The notes: a model not told the origin generated them from the letters alone. DNA of 64,000 nt from Bacteroidota bacterium (GCA_013298545.1 JAAFIA010000007.1:19590-83589), one strand, 5' to 3'. Positions 49,276-60,033 are shown, counted from the first letter of the stretch. Numbers and translations: made by a program.

Positions 49276-50565
49276 ATGAAAAAAATAACCCTAACATGGT
49301 GTGTAAGCATACTCTTTTCATTGTTACACATCACCCTTGCGGCTCAATGTCCTCAAGTTGTTGCAACCAGTTCTAGTAATTGTTTTATAGACAGTGTTCA
49401 ACTGAATGCTAGTGCGGGATTTACAAGCTACACTTGGCAACCCGCGGCCAATGTCTCCAATCCAAACAACGCCAGCCCCTATGCGTATGCGACAGGGACT
49501 TATACCGTTACGGCAACTGCTGGTCCCGGACCAAACATGGTTACAAACCCAGATTTCAGCATGGGCAATGTTGGGTTTACAAGTGGCATGAACAACTCCA
49601 TTGTTTATACACCCTGCAATTACTATGTAAGTCCCGATTGGTTTGGTGGTGTTTATCCGCAACTCACAGACCATACGCCAACAAATGACAACATGTACAT
49701 GGCCATTGATGGATGTAATGCTCCTACCATGATTTGGCAAGAAAGTAATTTTGCACTGCAACAAAATACTGATTATACGTTTTCGTTTTGGGCATCGCAA
49801 TCTGATGTGGTGCAACCTATTTTTGAAATTCATTTTGTAGGCGATGTTACTGGCGACAATATTATTGTAACACAACCGGGCATTCCTTATATCGGTGTTT
49901 GGACCTGGGATCAGTATGGTGTGCCACTTTGGAATTCAGGTGCAAATTCTACCCTTACAATTTATATCGTCAACTTGGCAGTTCAGGCTTATGGTAATGA
50001 TGTTGGCCTCGATGATTTTTCACTCAACATGCTGTGTCCGCCCACAACAGATACCGTTCTCGTAACGTCCTCCTTTCAATTTGACTTAGGTTCTTCTTTT
50101 TCATTTTGCGACAACCCAATTCCGGTTCTTGACGCGGGTATTTCAAATGCCACTTACTTGTGGAATACGGGAGAAACAACACAAACAATTTCGCCTGATA
50201 CACCCGGCGATTATTGGGTAGCCGTTTCAGCACCAGGCTGCAATACTGTAACAGATACCATTTCTATTGAAGGATCACCTGGCGATGGGTTGCTGTATTT
50301 CCCAAATGCATTTACCCCAAACCGCGATGGATTAAATGAACGATTTGCGCCAGTTGGCAATTTAGTTGAAACCTATCAACTTCGGATCTTTAACCGTTGG
50401 GGCGAATTGATTTTTGAAAGCAATGATATTGCCTTGGGTTGGGATGGTACTTACAAAGGAAATACAGTCCCGGATGGCGTTTATGTGTATGTGATCGAAT
50501 ACCAATCCAGTTGCGCATTTTCAGCCGTAAAGCAAAAAATTGGGCACGTCAGCGTACTACGATAA
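49276..50565 (+). CDS. T9SS type-B C-terminal sorting domain protein (gliding-motility-associated CTD, CHU_C type)
   Basis: Signal peptide. The C-terminus YFPNAFTPNRDGLNERF...GVYVYVIEYQ is the hallmark of the type-B CTD. Confidence 0.7.
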   Translation: MKKITLTWCVSILFSLLHITLAAQCPQVVATSSSNCFIDSVQLNASAGFTSYTWQPAANVSNPNNASPYAYATGTYTVTATAGPGPNMVTNPDFSMGNVGFTSGMNNSIVYTPCNYYVSPDWFGGVYPQLTDHTPTNDNMYMAIDGCNAPTMIWQESNFALQQNTDYTFSFWASQSDVVQPIFEIHFVGDVTGDNIIVTQPGIPYIGVWTWDQYGVPLWNSGANSTLTIYIVNLAVQAYGNDVGLDDFSLNMLCPPTTDTVLVTSSFQFDLGSSFSFCDNPIPVLDAGISNATYLWNTGETTQTISPDTPGDYWVAVSAPGCNTVTDTISIEGSPGDGLLYFPNAFTPNRDGLNERFAPVGNLVETYQLRIFNRWGELIFESNDIALGWDGTYKGNTVPDGVYVYVIEYQSSCAFSAVKQKIGHVSVLR

Positions 50566-50567
50566 CT

Positions 50568-52337
50568 AAAAAAATCCCGTCTCGAGCTAAGAGGTTGCTG
50601 AAAAAGTCCTGCCATTTTTCAGGCAATTAAAAAAAACCGGTTAAGGAAATGCTCTTTTCCTTAACCGGTTTTAATTTTTTAGTTCCCTGAAGCCATGTCG
50701 CAAAATAGCCATATAGCCTTTTTATCCTCGATATTTCTTCTTTAGGATGCCTTATGCGGTGAGTTTTATAATTCTTTTAAGGTTTACGGTGAAAATTGCC
50801 ATCGCCCCTTGCATTTGCATGTTGCTCATACCGTATGCTGTTGCTCTATCATACCCGTGTACATTTTTCAATTCACTATTCTTGGCCTCGATTTTATAGC
50901 GATGCTTTGCTTTTTCTTTAAAATAATCTGTTTCTTGAAAAGCAATTTGTTCTTGATGTAGTTCTGATTTTATACGAACAGAATATGTTTTAGCTTTTGC
51001 CCCTTCTTTGTAACAACCGTTTTTTAGAGGGCAGGTTTTACATTTTTCAATATCAAAATAGTATGTATTGACTTGATTCTTCCCAAAGTTTTTCTTGCCT
51101 TGTCGAGCCTTTCTAATTGCTAGGTGTCCCGCAGGGCAAACAAACATATCCGCATCTTTATTGTAATCAAATTTATCTTCTTCTTTCCTAAAGCCTTGTG
51201 TGATCGAAGGGTTTAGTTTAGCGACCATTTTAATCTCTTGTTTGTTTGTTAGTTTAAGATTCTCCTTTCCTGAGTATGCCGCATCGCCAATAACCGTGTC
51301 AACATTAATTCCATTTTCTTGACTAATTGCTAGTAATTTAGGCAGCTCTGGACCATCTCCTTTTTCTGCTGATGTTATAACTGCGGCTGTTATGATACGT
51401 TCCTCGGTCATGGCGAGGTGGGTTTTATAGCCAAAAAATGAATGTTCTGCTGATTTATAGCCGGTCTTTGCGTCGGTATCTTTTGATAGCGTTAGGTTTT
51501 CTTGAGCGTCTTCGATAGTTTCTTTTAGCAAGTTTAGCTTTTCCTTTACCCCTGGGATGGCGCAAATCGATTCATCTTTGGAGATACACTTTTCCAACTC
51601 TTGGCAGTACGATAGTTCTTGCGCTAGATCATTGGCCGTATTCTTTTCAGGCATTCGCTCTTTCCATTGCTCGTCGAAGGTGTAAATGGTTTTTCGAAGT
51701 TGTTTAGAGCGTTCGCGTAATACATCCATGGCCGAAAATGGATTGGATTTCGATAAGGTATGTGTCGCGTCAACAATAATAGATTTGGATCGGATAACCC
51801 CTTTTTCTATAGCGATAGATACTGTTTTACTAATCAATAGATTCATTAAGTCGGTGTCCTTCAAACGAAGCTTTCTGAATTTTGTAAGAGAACTCGGATT
51901 AATTACTTCTTCTTCGGGACTCATTTCTAAAAAGTACTTAAACGACATGTCAAAACGGGAACGCTCAACAACGTCAATATCGGATAGTGTATAGATTGTC
52001 TTTAATAACAAGTACTTGAACATGCGAATCGGGCTCTGGGCTAGCCTTCCATTGTTTGGGCAGTATTTGGTTGCCAACTCTTCATGCACAAATGAAAAAT
52101 CGATTAAATCATTAATCTTTCTCAGTAAATTATCTTGTGGAACAATAAGCGAATACAAAGAACTGTATTCGCTGAAGCCTATTTTTTCTTGTATGGGTAG
52201 CATCTATATGAGATTTATACGCTCATACAAGGTCAAAAAAAGGGGGAAACTTTTTTTAAAAGTTTCCCCCTTTTTTTTAACATGGTGTTCTTAATGGACT
52301 TTTTCAGCAACCTCCGAGCTAAGACGGGATTTTTTTG
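50568..52337 (-). mobile_element. IS1182/IS5-superfamily insertion sequence of about 1.77 kb, with roughly 40-bp imperfect terminal inverted repeats
   Basis: The left end aaaaaaatcccgtctcgagctaagaggttgctgaaaaagtcc matches the reverse complement of the right end ggactttttcagcaacctccgagctaagacgggattttttt. It contains a single transposase gene and is AT-rich. Confidence 0.7.
50752..52203 (-). CDS. IS1182/IS5-family DDE transposase
   Basis: 483 aa. The N-terminal transposase domain ...RMFKYLLLKTIY...SSLTKFR is DUF772-like, followed by a C-terminal DDE region. Confidence 0.8.
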   Translation of the reverse strand: MLPIQEKIGFSEYSSLYSLIVPQDNLLRKINDLIDFSFVHEELATKYCPNNGRLAQSPIRMFKYLLLKTIYTLSDIDVVERSRFDMSFKYFLEMSPEEEVINPSSLTKFRKLRLKDTDLMNLLISKTVSIAIEKGVIRSKSIIVDATHTLSKSNPFSAMDVLRERSKQLRKTIYTFDEQWKERMPEKNTANDLAQELSYCQELEKCISKDESICAIPGVKEKLNLLKETIEDAQENLTLSKDTDAKTGYKSAEHSFFGYKTHLAMTEERIITAAVITSAEKGDGPELPKLLAISQENGINVDTVIGDAAYSGKENLKLTNKQEIKMVAKLNPSITQGFRKEEDKFDYNKDADMFVCPAGHLAIRKARQGKKNFGKNQVNTYYFDIEKCKTCPLKNGCYKEGAKAKTYSVRIKSELHQEQIAFQETDYFKEKAKHRYKIEAKNSELKNVHGYDRATAYGMSNMQMQGAMAIFTVNLKRIIKLTA

Positions 52338-52356
52338 ATTTGTTTTTGAACGGAAA

Positions 52357-53331
52357 TTACATTCCCAAAATCCAAGCGAAAATCAACGGCGCAACAATTG
52401 TTGCATCGGATTCTACAATGTATTTTGGTGTATTGATATCGAGTTTGCCCCACGTGATTTTTTCGTTGGGAACAGCACCTGAATAAGAACCGTAAGAAGT
52501 TGTAGAATCTGAAATCTGGCAGAAGTACGACCAAAACGGAACATCGTGCCATTCCAAATCTTGGTACATCATGGGTACAACACAAATTGGGAAATCGCCA
52601 GCAATACCGCCACCAATTTGAAAGAAACCAACACCTTTACCAGCAGAATTATTTCTGTACCATTCGCTCAACCAAACCATGTATTCGATTCCGCTTTTCA
52701 TGGTGGTTGCTTTCACTTCATTTTTGATGACATAAGAAGCGAAGATATTGCCCATAGTTGAATCTTCCCAACCGGGAACAATGATGGGCAGATTTTTCTC
52801 TGCCGCAGCCACCATCCACGAATTTTTCGGGTCGATTTCGTAGTATTGTTCAAGCACACCACTTTTAATCATTTGATACATGAACTCGTGTGGAAAATAA
52901 CGTTCGCCGTTGGTATCGGCATTTTTCCACAATTCGTAAACATGTTTTTGCAAACGACGGAAGGCTTCTTCCTCAGGAATACACGTATCGGTTACGCGGT
53001 TGAGACCTTGTTCGAGCAAATCCCATTCCTCTTGCGGTGTCAGGTCGCGGTAATTGGGAATGCGGCGGTAATGCGAATGCGCCACTAAGTTCATCAAATC
53101 CTCTTCGAGGTTTGCGCCCGTACACGAAATGATCGCGATTTTATCTTGGCGAATCATTTCAGCTAACGAAACACCAAGCTCGGCTGTACTCATGGCTCCG
53201 GCGAGGCTCACCAACATTTTTCCCCCTTCGAGCAAATGTGTTTCGTATCCTTTGGCTGCATCTTTCAACGCAGCAGCATTGAAATGGCGGTAGTGATGCT
53301 CAATAAATTGAGAAATTGGTCCTTTATTCAT
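52357..53331 (-). CDS. Deoxyhypusine synthase-family protein (homospermidine-synthase-like)
   Basis: Starts MNKGPISQFIEHHY. DHS fold with an NAD-binding region. Confidence 0.75.
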   Translation of the reverse strand: MNKGPISQFIEHHYRHFNAAALKDAAKGYETHLLEGGKMLVSLAGAMSTAELGVSLAEMIRQDKIAIISCTGANLEEDLMNLVAHSHYRRIPNYRDLTPQEEWDLLEQGLNRVTDTCIPEEEAFRRLQKHVYELWKNADTNGERYFPHEFMYQMIKSGVLEQYYEIDPKNSWMVAAAEKNLPIIVPGWEDSTMGNIFASYVIKNEVKATTMKSGIEYMVWLSEWYRNNSAGKGVGFFQIGGGIAGDFPICVVPMMYQDLEWHDVPFWSYFCQISDSTTSYGSYSGAVPNEKITWGKLDINTPKYIVESDATIVAPLIFAWILGM

Positions 53332-53636
53332 GGTTGAAAATTGTTTTCGGTGTATGTATTGGAGGTGCAAAAGTAGATTTTTTTAACAGTCTGTAAATAC
53401 CCAAACTAATTTACTAAACGGCTAAATCTTGCAATCAATCCTGTAAGGCCTTCAAACTATCCTTTAAAACCGACAATTCGTCGGTATGAACCCTATATTA
53501 TGGTTGGATTAATGTTAGTAAAATCCCTTGCCCGAAGGGCCAAAAAGTCTAACTTTGCCCCTGAAACCAAATAAATACCCCACACACGGGTAAAAGACAA
53601 CGTTAATTTTCCATCACAACAACAATACACACCGTC

Positions 53637-54551
53637 ATGAAAAAAGTCTTACTTGGACTTAGTCTCGTTGCACTTGCAACAACTGCAAATGCGCAAATCT
53701 GTAGCGAATTGTTCTTCTCTGAATATGTTGAAGGATCAGGAAACAACAAAGCTATTGAAATCTACAACCCTACTAGCGCAGCCATCAACCTGTCAAACTA
53801 CCGTGTTGTTCGTTATTCTAACGGATCGGCTGTTGGAACAGATAGCGTAAATCTTTCTGGTACATTAGCATCTAACGATGTTCATGTTCTTGTAAATGGA
53901 CAAACCACTACCGCTCAAAACTCTCCGGCTTGCGATCCTGCATTACAAGCCATTGGCGACCAATTGGCGGGTGCTTATCCCGATCCTATGTATATGAACG
54001 GCGATGATGCCGTATTGCTTGTTAAAATTTCGCCTTACACCATCATCGATATTTTTGGGAAAATTGGTGAAGATCCAGGCCAAAGCTGGAGCGATGTATT
54101 CCCACACACGGATGCACAAGGCTCTTGGTGGACCAAAGACCACAGCATGGTTCGTAAAGCAACGGTTACCTCTGGCGTTATGGTTAATCCGCTTGCGTTT
54201 GATCCAACATTACAATACGATTCTTTGCCACAAGATACATGGACAAGCCTCGGTGCACACACCTGCGCTTGCGCGTCAATTGGTATCAATGAAAACAATG
54301 CTGCTACAAACAAAGTAAACTTATTTCCAAATCCAACTTCTGGTTTGATGAACGTAAGTGCTAACGATAAAATCGTTTCTATGGTTGTTTACAACGCCAT
54401 CGGACAAGCTGTAATGAGCAAGACCTACACGGCTGATGAACAACGTAAGCAACAAAGTATCGACCTCAGCACTGCTCCTGCCGGAATCTATATGGTTGAA
54501 GTAAAATTGGCTGATGGCCGTCAACTTGTTTCTAAAGTCAACGTCAACTAA
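53637..54551 (+). CDS. Lamin-tail-domain (LTD) protein with a T9SS type-A CTD
   Basis: The N-terminus after the signal, CSELFFSEYVEGSGNNKAIEIYNPT, is an LTD. The C-terminus NLFPNPTSGLMNV...VEVKLADGRQLVSKVNVN is a type-A CTD. Confidence 0.7.
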   Translation: MKKVLLGLSLVALATTANAQICSELFFSEYVEGSGNNKAIEIYNPTSAAINLSNYRVVRYSNGSAVGTDSVNLSGTLASNDVHVLVNGQTTTAQNSPACDPALQAIGDQLAGAYPDPMYMNGDDAVLLVKISPYTIIDIFGKIGEDPGQSWSDVFPHTDAQGSWWTKDHSMVRKATVTSGVMVNPLAFDPTLQYDSLPQDTWTSLGAHTCACASIGINENNAATNKVNLFPNPTSGLMNVSANDKIVSMVVYNAIGQAVMSKTYTADEQRKQQSIDLSTAPAGIYMVEVKLADGRQLVSKVNVN

Positions 54552-54576
54552 TCCTGACAGCATAATCTATTGAATC

Positions 54577-54610
54577 GAAAAATGCTGATGGTTTCTCCAT
54601 CAGCATTTTT
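54577..54610 (+). terminator. Rho-independent terminator after the LTD gene
   Basis: aaaaatgctgatgg tttctc catcagcattttt, a perfect stem. Confidence 0.7.
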
Positions 54611-54625
54611 CGCGAAAAGACATCC

Positions 54626-57496
54626 ATGAAACACGTCCTCTTTCTTTACTTTTCGCTGCTTTCGTTGGCAGGTTTTGCGCAACAACCCGTATCGGGAACT
54701 GTCCGCGACATCACCACAAACGAACCATTAGTCGGCGCTGTCGTTCTTGTCGATAATGGCAAAGCGGTGGCCAACACCAATGTTGACGGCTTCTATAAAA
54801 TCATGCTGGCCGATGGCGAACATACACTCGAAGTAAAATATACAGGCTATAAAAGTGAGCCTATAAAAGTTAAAGTTGTAGGAAAACCTGTTACCGTAAA
54901 TTTTACGCCGAGCAGCAGTACACTCAAAGAAGTTGAAATCAGCGCAGATCTGGCCATTGACCGGAAAACACCGATTGCTTTTTCGAATGTAAGTCAAGTA
55001 AAAATTCAGGAAGAAGGCGCTGGCCGCGACATGACCATGCTCCTCAATTCTACACCCGGCGCGTATGCTACACAGCAAGGCGGCGGGCAAGGCGATTCGC
55101 GTGTGAACCTGCGCGGATTTGATCAACGCAATATTGCTGTGATGGTGGATGGTGTTCCGGTAAATGACATGGAAAATGGACAAGTTTATTGGAGCAACTG
55201 GGACGGACTGAGTGAAGTAACACGCACCATGCAAGTTCAACGCGGCCTTGGTGCTTCGCGGCTGGCGATTCCTTCTGTTGGTGGTACCATCAACATCTTG
55301 AGCAAGGGCATTGACGAGAAACAACAGTTTATTTTGAAAAAAGAGTATGGTAGTTTTGCGCAACAAAAATTAGTACTCGGTTTTAATTCGGGTGAGTTTG
55401 GAAAAGGTTGGGGCGTTACATTTGCTGGATCGCGCACTACGGGCGATGGTTGGGCCAATCAGACTTGGGTAGATGCATGGAGTTACTTTTTTAAAGTTCA
55501 AAAACGGTACGAAAAGCATTTGTTTACGCTTGGCGCAAATGGTGCACCTCAAGCACATGGCCAACGGAGTGATCGCATGCCCATCGCTATTTATGATCGT
55601 GCTTATGCGAACAGTTTAGGGATAAATTCCGATTCGTTGTATGCTACCAATAATGGTTACACAACACTTTACCAAGGCGAGCGTGGCTTACGATACAATC
55701 CGCATGCGGGTTTGCTCGATAAAGGGGATGGACAAATTCGCGATTTCAATGAGCGTACAAATTATTACCACAAACCGCAATTCAATTTTTCTTGGTTCTG
55801 GACTCCAACAGAAAAATTAACAATCAATACCATTGTGTATCTTTCGATTGGCAAGGGTGGCGGAGCACGTTTGAATAGCGGTATTGCACGCGATACAACA
55901 AGTGGTTTATTGCAATACACCAGCATCTGGAATAGTAACGCAACGGCAATAGATGCGCTTTACAGTACAAGCGAAACCAAATCGAGCCGTTACATCAACG
56001 CTTCTGTCAACAACCATTTTTGGTATGGTGGTCTGGCCACTGCTAATTGGAAAGTTTCGGAAAAAGTAAATGTTTTGTTTGGTGCCGATCATCGCTTTTA
56101 CAGAGGCGAACATTACCGCATGGTGTATGATTTGATTGGTGGTGATTATGTGGTTGACAACAGCGACCGCAATCAACCCAATGGTGTAGGAAATTTGCAG
56201 TACGCGATGAAACGCAAAGGCGATAAAATTTCTTATTACAACGATGGTTTGGTTTGGTGGGATGGTTTCTTTGCGCAAGGTGAATACAAGGGCGAAAAAT
56301 TCAGCACATTTTTAACTGCAACCGGTTCGATCACCTCGTATCAGCGTGTCGATTATTTCCGTAAGCGTGATGTAACACTTGCCGATGGCGAAAAAGTAGA
56401 TCAGATTGTGGGCTACAATGAAGTGTATTATACCAATGGTACACAGAGTGCGGTGGCGCAAAACAATGCCGTCATCACAACTTCTGGCGATACGACCTAC
56501 ATCAACAACCCTAGCGGTGCTGATTATGCGATTGCGAATGCAACCGCTTATAAATGGGCTGATGCAAAAACTTCTACTACCAATAAAAAAACATTGCCAG
56601 GCTTAACCATCAAAACAGGTGCAAATTATAATTTCAACGATCATTACAATGTCTTTGTAAATGTTGGTTATATGAATATGGCGCCACGTTTCAACAATGT
56701 TTTTGACAACAACAACAAAGAGTTTTTGGACATCCAAAATCAAAATGTGTATGCTGCCGAAATTGGTGCGGGGGCGCGTTTCCCTTATTTCGCAGCAAAT
56801 CTGAATTTGTATTACACCTACTGGGCCAATAAGCCGCCGCAGTTTACACCAACCATCAATGTTGCAGGTGATATTTTTTCTTACAACATCAATGGCATGG
56901 ATGCGATTCACCGTGGCGTAGAAATGGATTTTACGTGGAAGCCAATGAAAGGCTTAGATGTAGAAGGACTTGTAGCCATTGCCGACTGGCGCAACAACAG
57001 CGCAAAAAAAGCATATATCTATGATGCGCAAGAAGTGCTTGTTGACTCGGTTGAGTTTGATGCCAAAGGCGTACACGTTGGTGATGCTGCGCAAACACAA
57101 ATTGGTGGATCGCTCCGCTGGTCGCCCGTAAAAGGTTTTTGGATGAAAGCACGTTATACTTACTTCGGTCGCAATTTCGCGAATTACGATCCATTGACCT
57201 TGGTTGTAACATACAACAGCAATGGCGATGTACTCAGCGATAACCGTCAAAAAGAATCGTGGATTACGCCATCTTACGGTATTTTCGACTTCTTTACGGG
57301 CTATGAATTTCGTGGTATGGGCGAAGAAAATGCAGCACGTCAACTTCGTGTTGGATTAACACTTGGTATTACCAACATCTTAAATACGACTTACATCAGC
57401 GATGCACAAAATGGCGCAAATTTCGATGCTTCTTCAGCACTCGTTTATGTTGGCCTGGGTCGCCGTTTCAATGCGGGCATCCGTTTCACATTTTAA
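54626..57496 (+). CDS. TonB-dependent outer-membrane receptor (carboxypeptidase-regulatory-like N-domain, plug, β-barrel)
   Basis: The N-terminus VSGTVRDITTNEPLVGAVVLVDNG is a CarbopepD_reg domain. 956 aa. The C-terminal residue is F. Confidence 0.85.
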   Translation: MKHVLFLYFSLLSLAGFAQQPVSGTVRDITTNEPLVGAVVLVDNGKAVANTNVDGFYKIMLADGEHTLEVKYTGYKSEPIKVKVVGKPVTVNFTPSSSTLKEVEISADLAIDRKTPIAFSNVSQVKIQEEGAGRDMTMLLNSTPGAYATQQGGGQGDSRVNLRGFDQRNIAVMVDGVPVNDMENGQVYWSNWDGLSEVTRTMQVQRGLGASRLAIPSVGGTINILSKGIDEKQQFILKKEYGSFAQQKLVLGFNSGEFGKGWGVTFAGSRTTGDGWANQTWVDAWSYFFKVQKRYEKHLFTLGANGAPQAHGQRSDRMPIAIYDRAYANSLGINSDSLYATNNGYTTLYQGERGLRYNPHAGLLDKGDGQIRDFNERTNYYHKPQFNFSWFWTPTEKLTINTIVYLSIGKGGGARLNSGIARDTTSGLLQYTSIWNSNATAIDALYSTSETKSSRYINASVNNHFWYGGLATANWKVSEKVNVLFGADHRFYRGEHYRMVYDLIGGDYVVDNSDRNQPNGVGNLQYAMKRKGDKISYYNDGLVWWDGFFAQGEYKGEKFSTFLTATGSITSYQRVDYFRKRDVTLADGEKVDQIVGYNEVYYTNGTQSAVAQNNAVITTSGDTTYINNPSGADYAIANATAYKWADAKTSTTNKKTLPGLTIKTGANYNFNDHYNVFVNVGYMNMAPRFNNVFDNNNKEFLDIQNQNVYAAEIGAGARFPYFAANLNLYYTYWANKPPQFTPTINVAGDIFSYNINGMDAIHRGVEMDFTWKPMKGLDVEGLVAIADWRNNSAKKAYIYDAQEVLVDSVEFDAKGVHVGDAAQTQIGGSLRWSPVKGFWMKARYTYFGRNFANYDPLTLVVTYNSNGDVLSDNRQKESWITPSYGIFDFFTGYEFRGMGEENAARQLRVGLTLGITNILNTTYISDAQNGANFDASSALVYVGLGRRFNAGIRFTF

Positions 57497-57546
57497 CACA
57501 CACAATCCGTACACCTATTATTTCAACACGAACACAAACAGACCTC

Positions 57547-59745
57547 ATGAAAAAAATCATGCTCGCGCTCAGTCTTTGCTTAACCGCATTTGCAGGAAGC
57601 GCACAAATCACAACGCTGCCTACGGCTTGGAGTTTTACGGTAGCTACTTATCCGAATGGCTGGACGACAAGCGGAACAGCATTCTACACCGGATCGGGCA
57701 ATACACCACCGGCATGTAAATTTGATAATACGGGCGACTGGTTATTGATTTCGTTTTCGGATGCGCCTGGAGCCTTGACGTATTACATCACCGGAAATAG
57801 TTTTGTTGGTGGAACATTTGAAGTACAAGAATCGACGAACAATTCAACTTGGACAACGTTGCGTTCTTTCAACGACCAGAATTTGCCAACAGCATACACC
57901 TTGCTAACAGATAATCCTTCTGCGGCTTCGCGTTACATCCGTTTTTTCTACACCCAGAAAAGTGCAGGTAATGTTGGTTTGGATGATGTGAATTTGGCTG
58001 CTGCTCCTGCTGGCCCACAACAAGAAATTAATATTCAATACCAGAGCAATACCATTCTCTCTGGCGGTTCATTGAGTGTTAATTCTCCTGTTAGCACAAC
58101 AACACCATTTGCGGTTACGGTCAACAATGTTGGAACATTAGACACCTTGCAGATTTCGTCTATTGCCATTACAGGACCTGATGCGGCAGATTTTGCTTGG
58201 GTAAATTATCCTTCTTCTGTTAATCCAAATGCGTTTGGTATTATCAATATTGATTTTACGCCTAGCGTTGCTGGAACACGCTCTGCTGTATTAACGGTTT
58301 ACAGCAATGATGCTGATGAATCGGCGTATGTTATCAACCTCAACGGCATTGGTGGTTCGTATGCGAGTGAGCCAACTGCGACTGCTACCAACATGACTTT
58401 CACAAACATCAAATCGTACCGTGCTACTGGAAACTTTGTGGCTGCTAATCCTGCACCAGATGGTTATCTTATATTGCGCAACGACAATGGTGTGGTAGCA
58501 GATATTCCGGCTGATGGTACAACGTACACGATTGGCGATGTTGTTGGGAGTTCAAAAGTTGCTTATGTTGGAACAGGAAGTGCATTTACAATTAACTATG
58601 TGGGGGCATCACAAGATTATTATTTCGCTGTTTTTTCGTTCAATGGACAAGCGCAATACACCAACTATTTGCAAACACAACCGCTGAATGGCATGGTCAT
58701 GGCTTCTGGTTCGATGCAACCAGCCAACTACTACAACGCAATCAATACAAGTGCGGCAACATTTGTAACAGATCTTACCGCACTTACCAATCCACACACC
58801 GATAAATTCTACAGCAATTACGGACCATTGATGGTAACCGCATTTTGGTCGCGCGATACAACGGGTGGACAAAAAGTAGTAACCTGCGTTTATTCTGGTG
58901 AAAATTTGATTTACAACGAGCCATTCCAATGGATCTCGTTTAGCCGTGAACACACGTATGCCCATAGTTGGATGCCAACTTACCCAAGCACAAATGGCCC
59001 TGAGTACAGCGACTATTTCAACTTATTCCCAACCAATCAAAACAATGCAAATGCGGTGCGCAGCAACTATCCACTCGGCGAAGTGATCAATGTGCAATCA
59101 ACTTATTTGGGTTGTAAATTCGGAACAAATGCTGCCGGACAACAAGTATTTGAGCCGCGCGACGAACAAAAAGGTGATGCCGCTCGTGCTATGTTCTACA
59201 TGGCTTTGTGTTACAATACACAAGCACAAAACTGGGGCTTGCCCAATCCAATTAGCGCAAGCATTTTGTATGGTCAAGATCAAAATTTATTGAAAGCATG
59301 GCATTACCAAGATTTGCCTGATGCGCGCGAAATTGCGAAAAACGACTACCTCGATTCGTTGCAAGGAAATCGCAATCCGTTCATCGACTCTGTAAACTAT
59401 GCTTGTTATATTGATTTTGACAACATGACCAAAATCAATGGCCCAATTTTACCTTGCTCTACCGTTGGCATCAACGACAACATAGGCGTTCAAGCCGAAA
59501 TGGGTTTATGGCCAAATCCTACATCTGGTCAGTTTACACTTTTCTGGAAAACAGAACAGGCTGAAGAAATTTCGGTTCAAGTGATCGACGTTACAGGACG
59601 TATTGTTTATACACAAACATCTGCCGTTGGTTTGGGTGGAAACGCACTCATGCTCGATTTGAGCAAACTTGCTGTTGGTTCATACACACTTCAAGTTGTG
59701 CGTAGCAATGGAACATCAACTAGTGAGAAATTGATGATTCAATAA
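57547..59745 (+). CDS. Secreted extracellular nuclease with an endonuclease I domain and a T9SS type-A CTD
   Basis: Endonuclease I motifs FSREHTYAHSW and GNRNPFID. The C-terminus GLWPNPTSGQFTLF... is a CTD. There is a signal peptide. Confidence 0.8.
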   Translation: MKKIMLALSLCLTAFAGSAQITTLPTAWSFTVATYPNGWTTSGTAFYTGSGNTPPACKFDNTGDWLLISFSDAPGALTYYITGNSFVGGTFEVQESTNNSTWTTLRSFNDQNLPTAYTLLTDNPSAASRYIRFFYTQKSAGNVGLDDVNLAAAPAGPQQEINIQYQSNTILSGGSLSVNSPVSTTTPFAVTVNNVGTLDTLQISSIAITGPDAADFAWVNYPSSVNPNAFGIINIDFTPSVAGTRSAVLTVYSNDADESAYVINLNGIGGSYASEPTATATNMTFTNIKSYRATGNFVAANPAPDGYLILRNDNGVVADIPADGTTYTIGDVVGSSKVAYVGTGSAFTINYVGASQDYYFAVFSFNGQAQYTNYLQTQPLNGMVMASGSMQPANYYNAINTSAATFVTDLTALTNPHTDKFYSNYGPLMVTAFWSRDTTGGQKVVTCVYSGENLIYNEPFQWISFSREHTYAHSWMPTYPSTNGPEYSDYFNLFPTNQNNANAVRSNYPLGEVINVQSTYLGCKFGTNAAGQQVFEPRDEQKGDAARAMFYMALCYNTQAQNWGLPNPISASILYGQDQNLLKAWHYQDLPDAREIAKNDYLDSLQGNRNPFIDSVNYACYIDFDNMTKINGPILPCSTVGINDNIGVQAEMGLWPNPTSGQFTLFWKTEQAEEISVQVIDVTGRIVYTQTSAVGLGGNALMLDLSKLAVGSYTLQVVRSNGTSTSEKLMIQ

Positions 59746-59765
59746 TTTGTAACACACTTTTTTTG

Positions 59766-59797
59766 AAGACCGCCTGCGCATGTAGGCGGTCTTTTTT
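59766..59797 (+). terminator. Rho-independent terminator after the nuclease gene
   Basis: aagaccgcctgcgcatgtaggcggtctttttt. Confidence 0.75.
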
Positions 59798-60033
59798 ATT
59801 TTTTTCCATCAGCATAAAAGGAAATTGAAACGACTTTCAATTTCCTTTTATCAAACTATTGATGATATTGAGCTAGAGACGGTTTTACCAACTATTTTTT
59901 GGCGTTAAGACCATTTTTTAAAAAATCGGATTTCAACAAAACACACTGAATCTTTGATCTGTTCTGAAATTTGTGATCACACCAACGTTTCAACATCATT
60001 GTACATTACGAAAACGCACAACTGGCTACAAAC

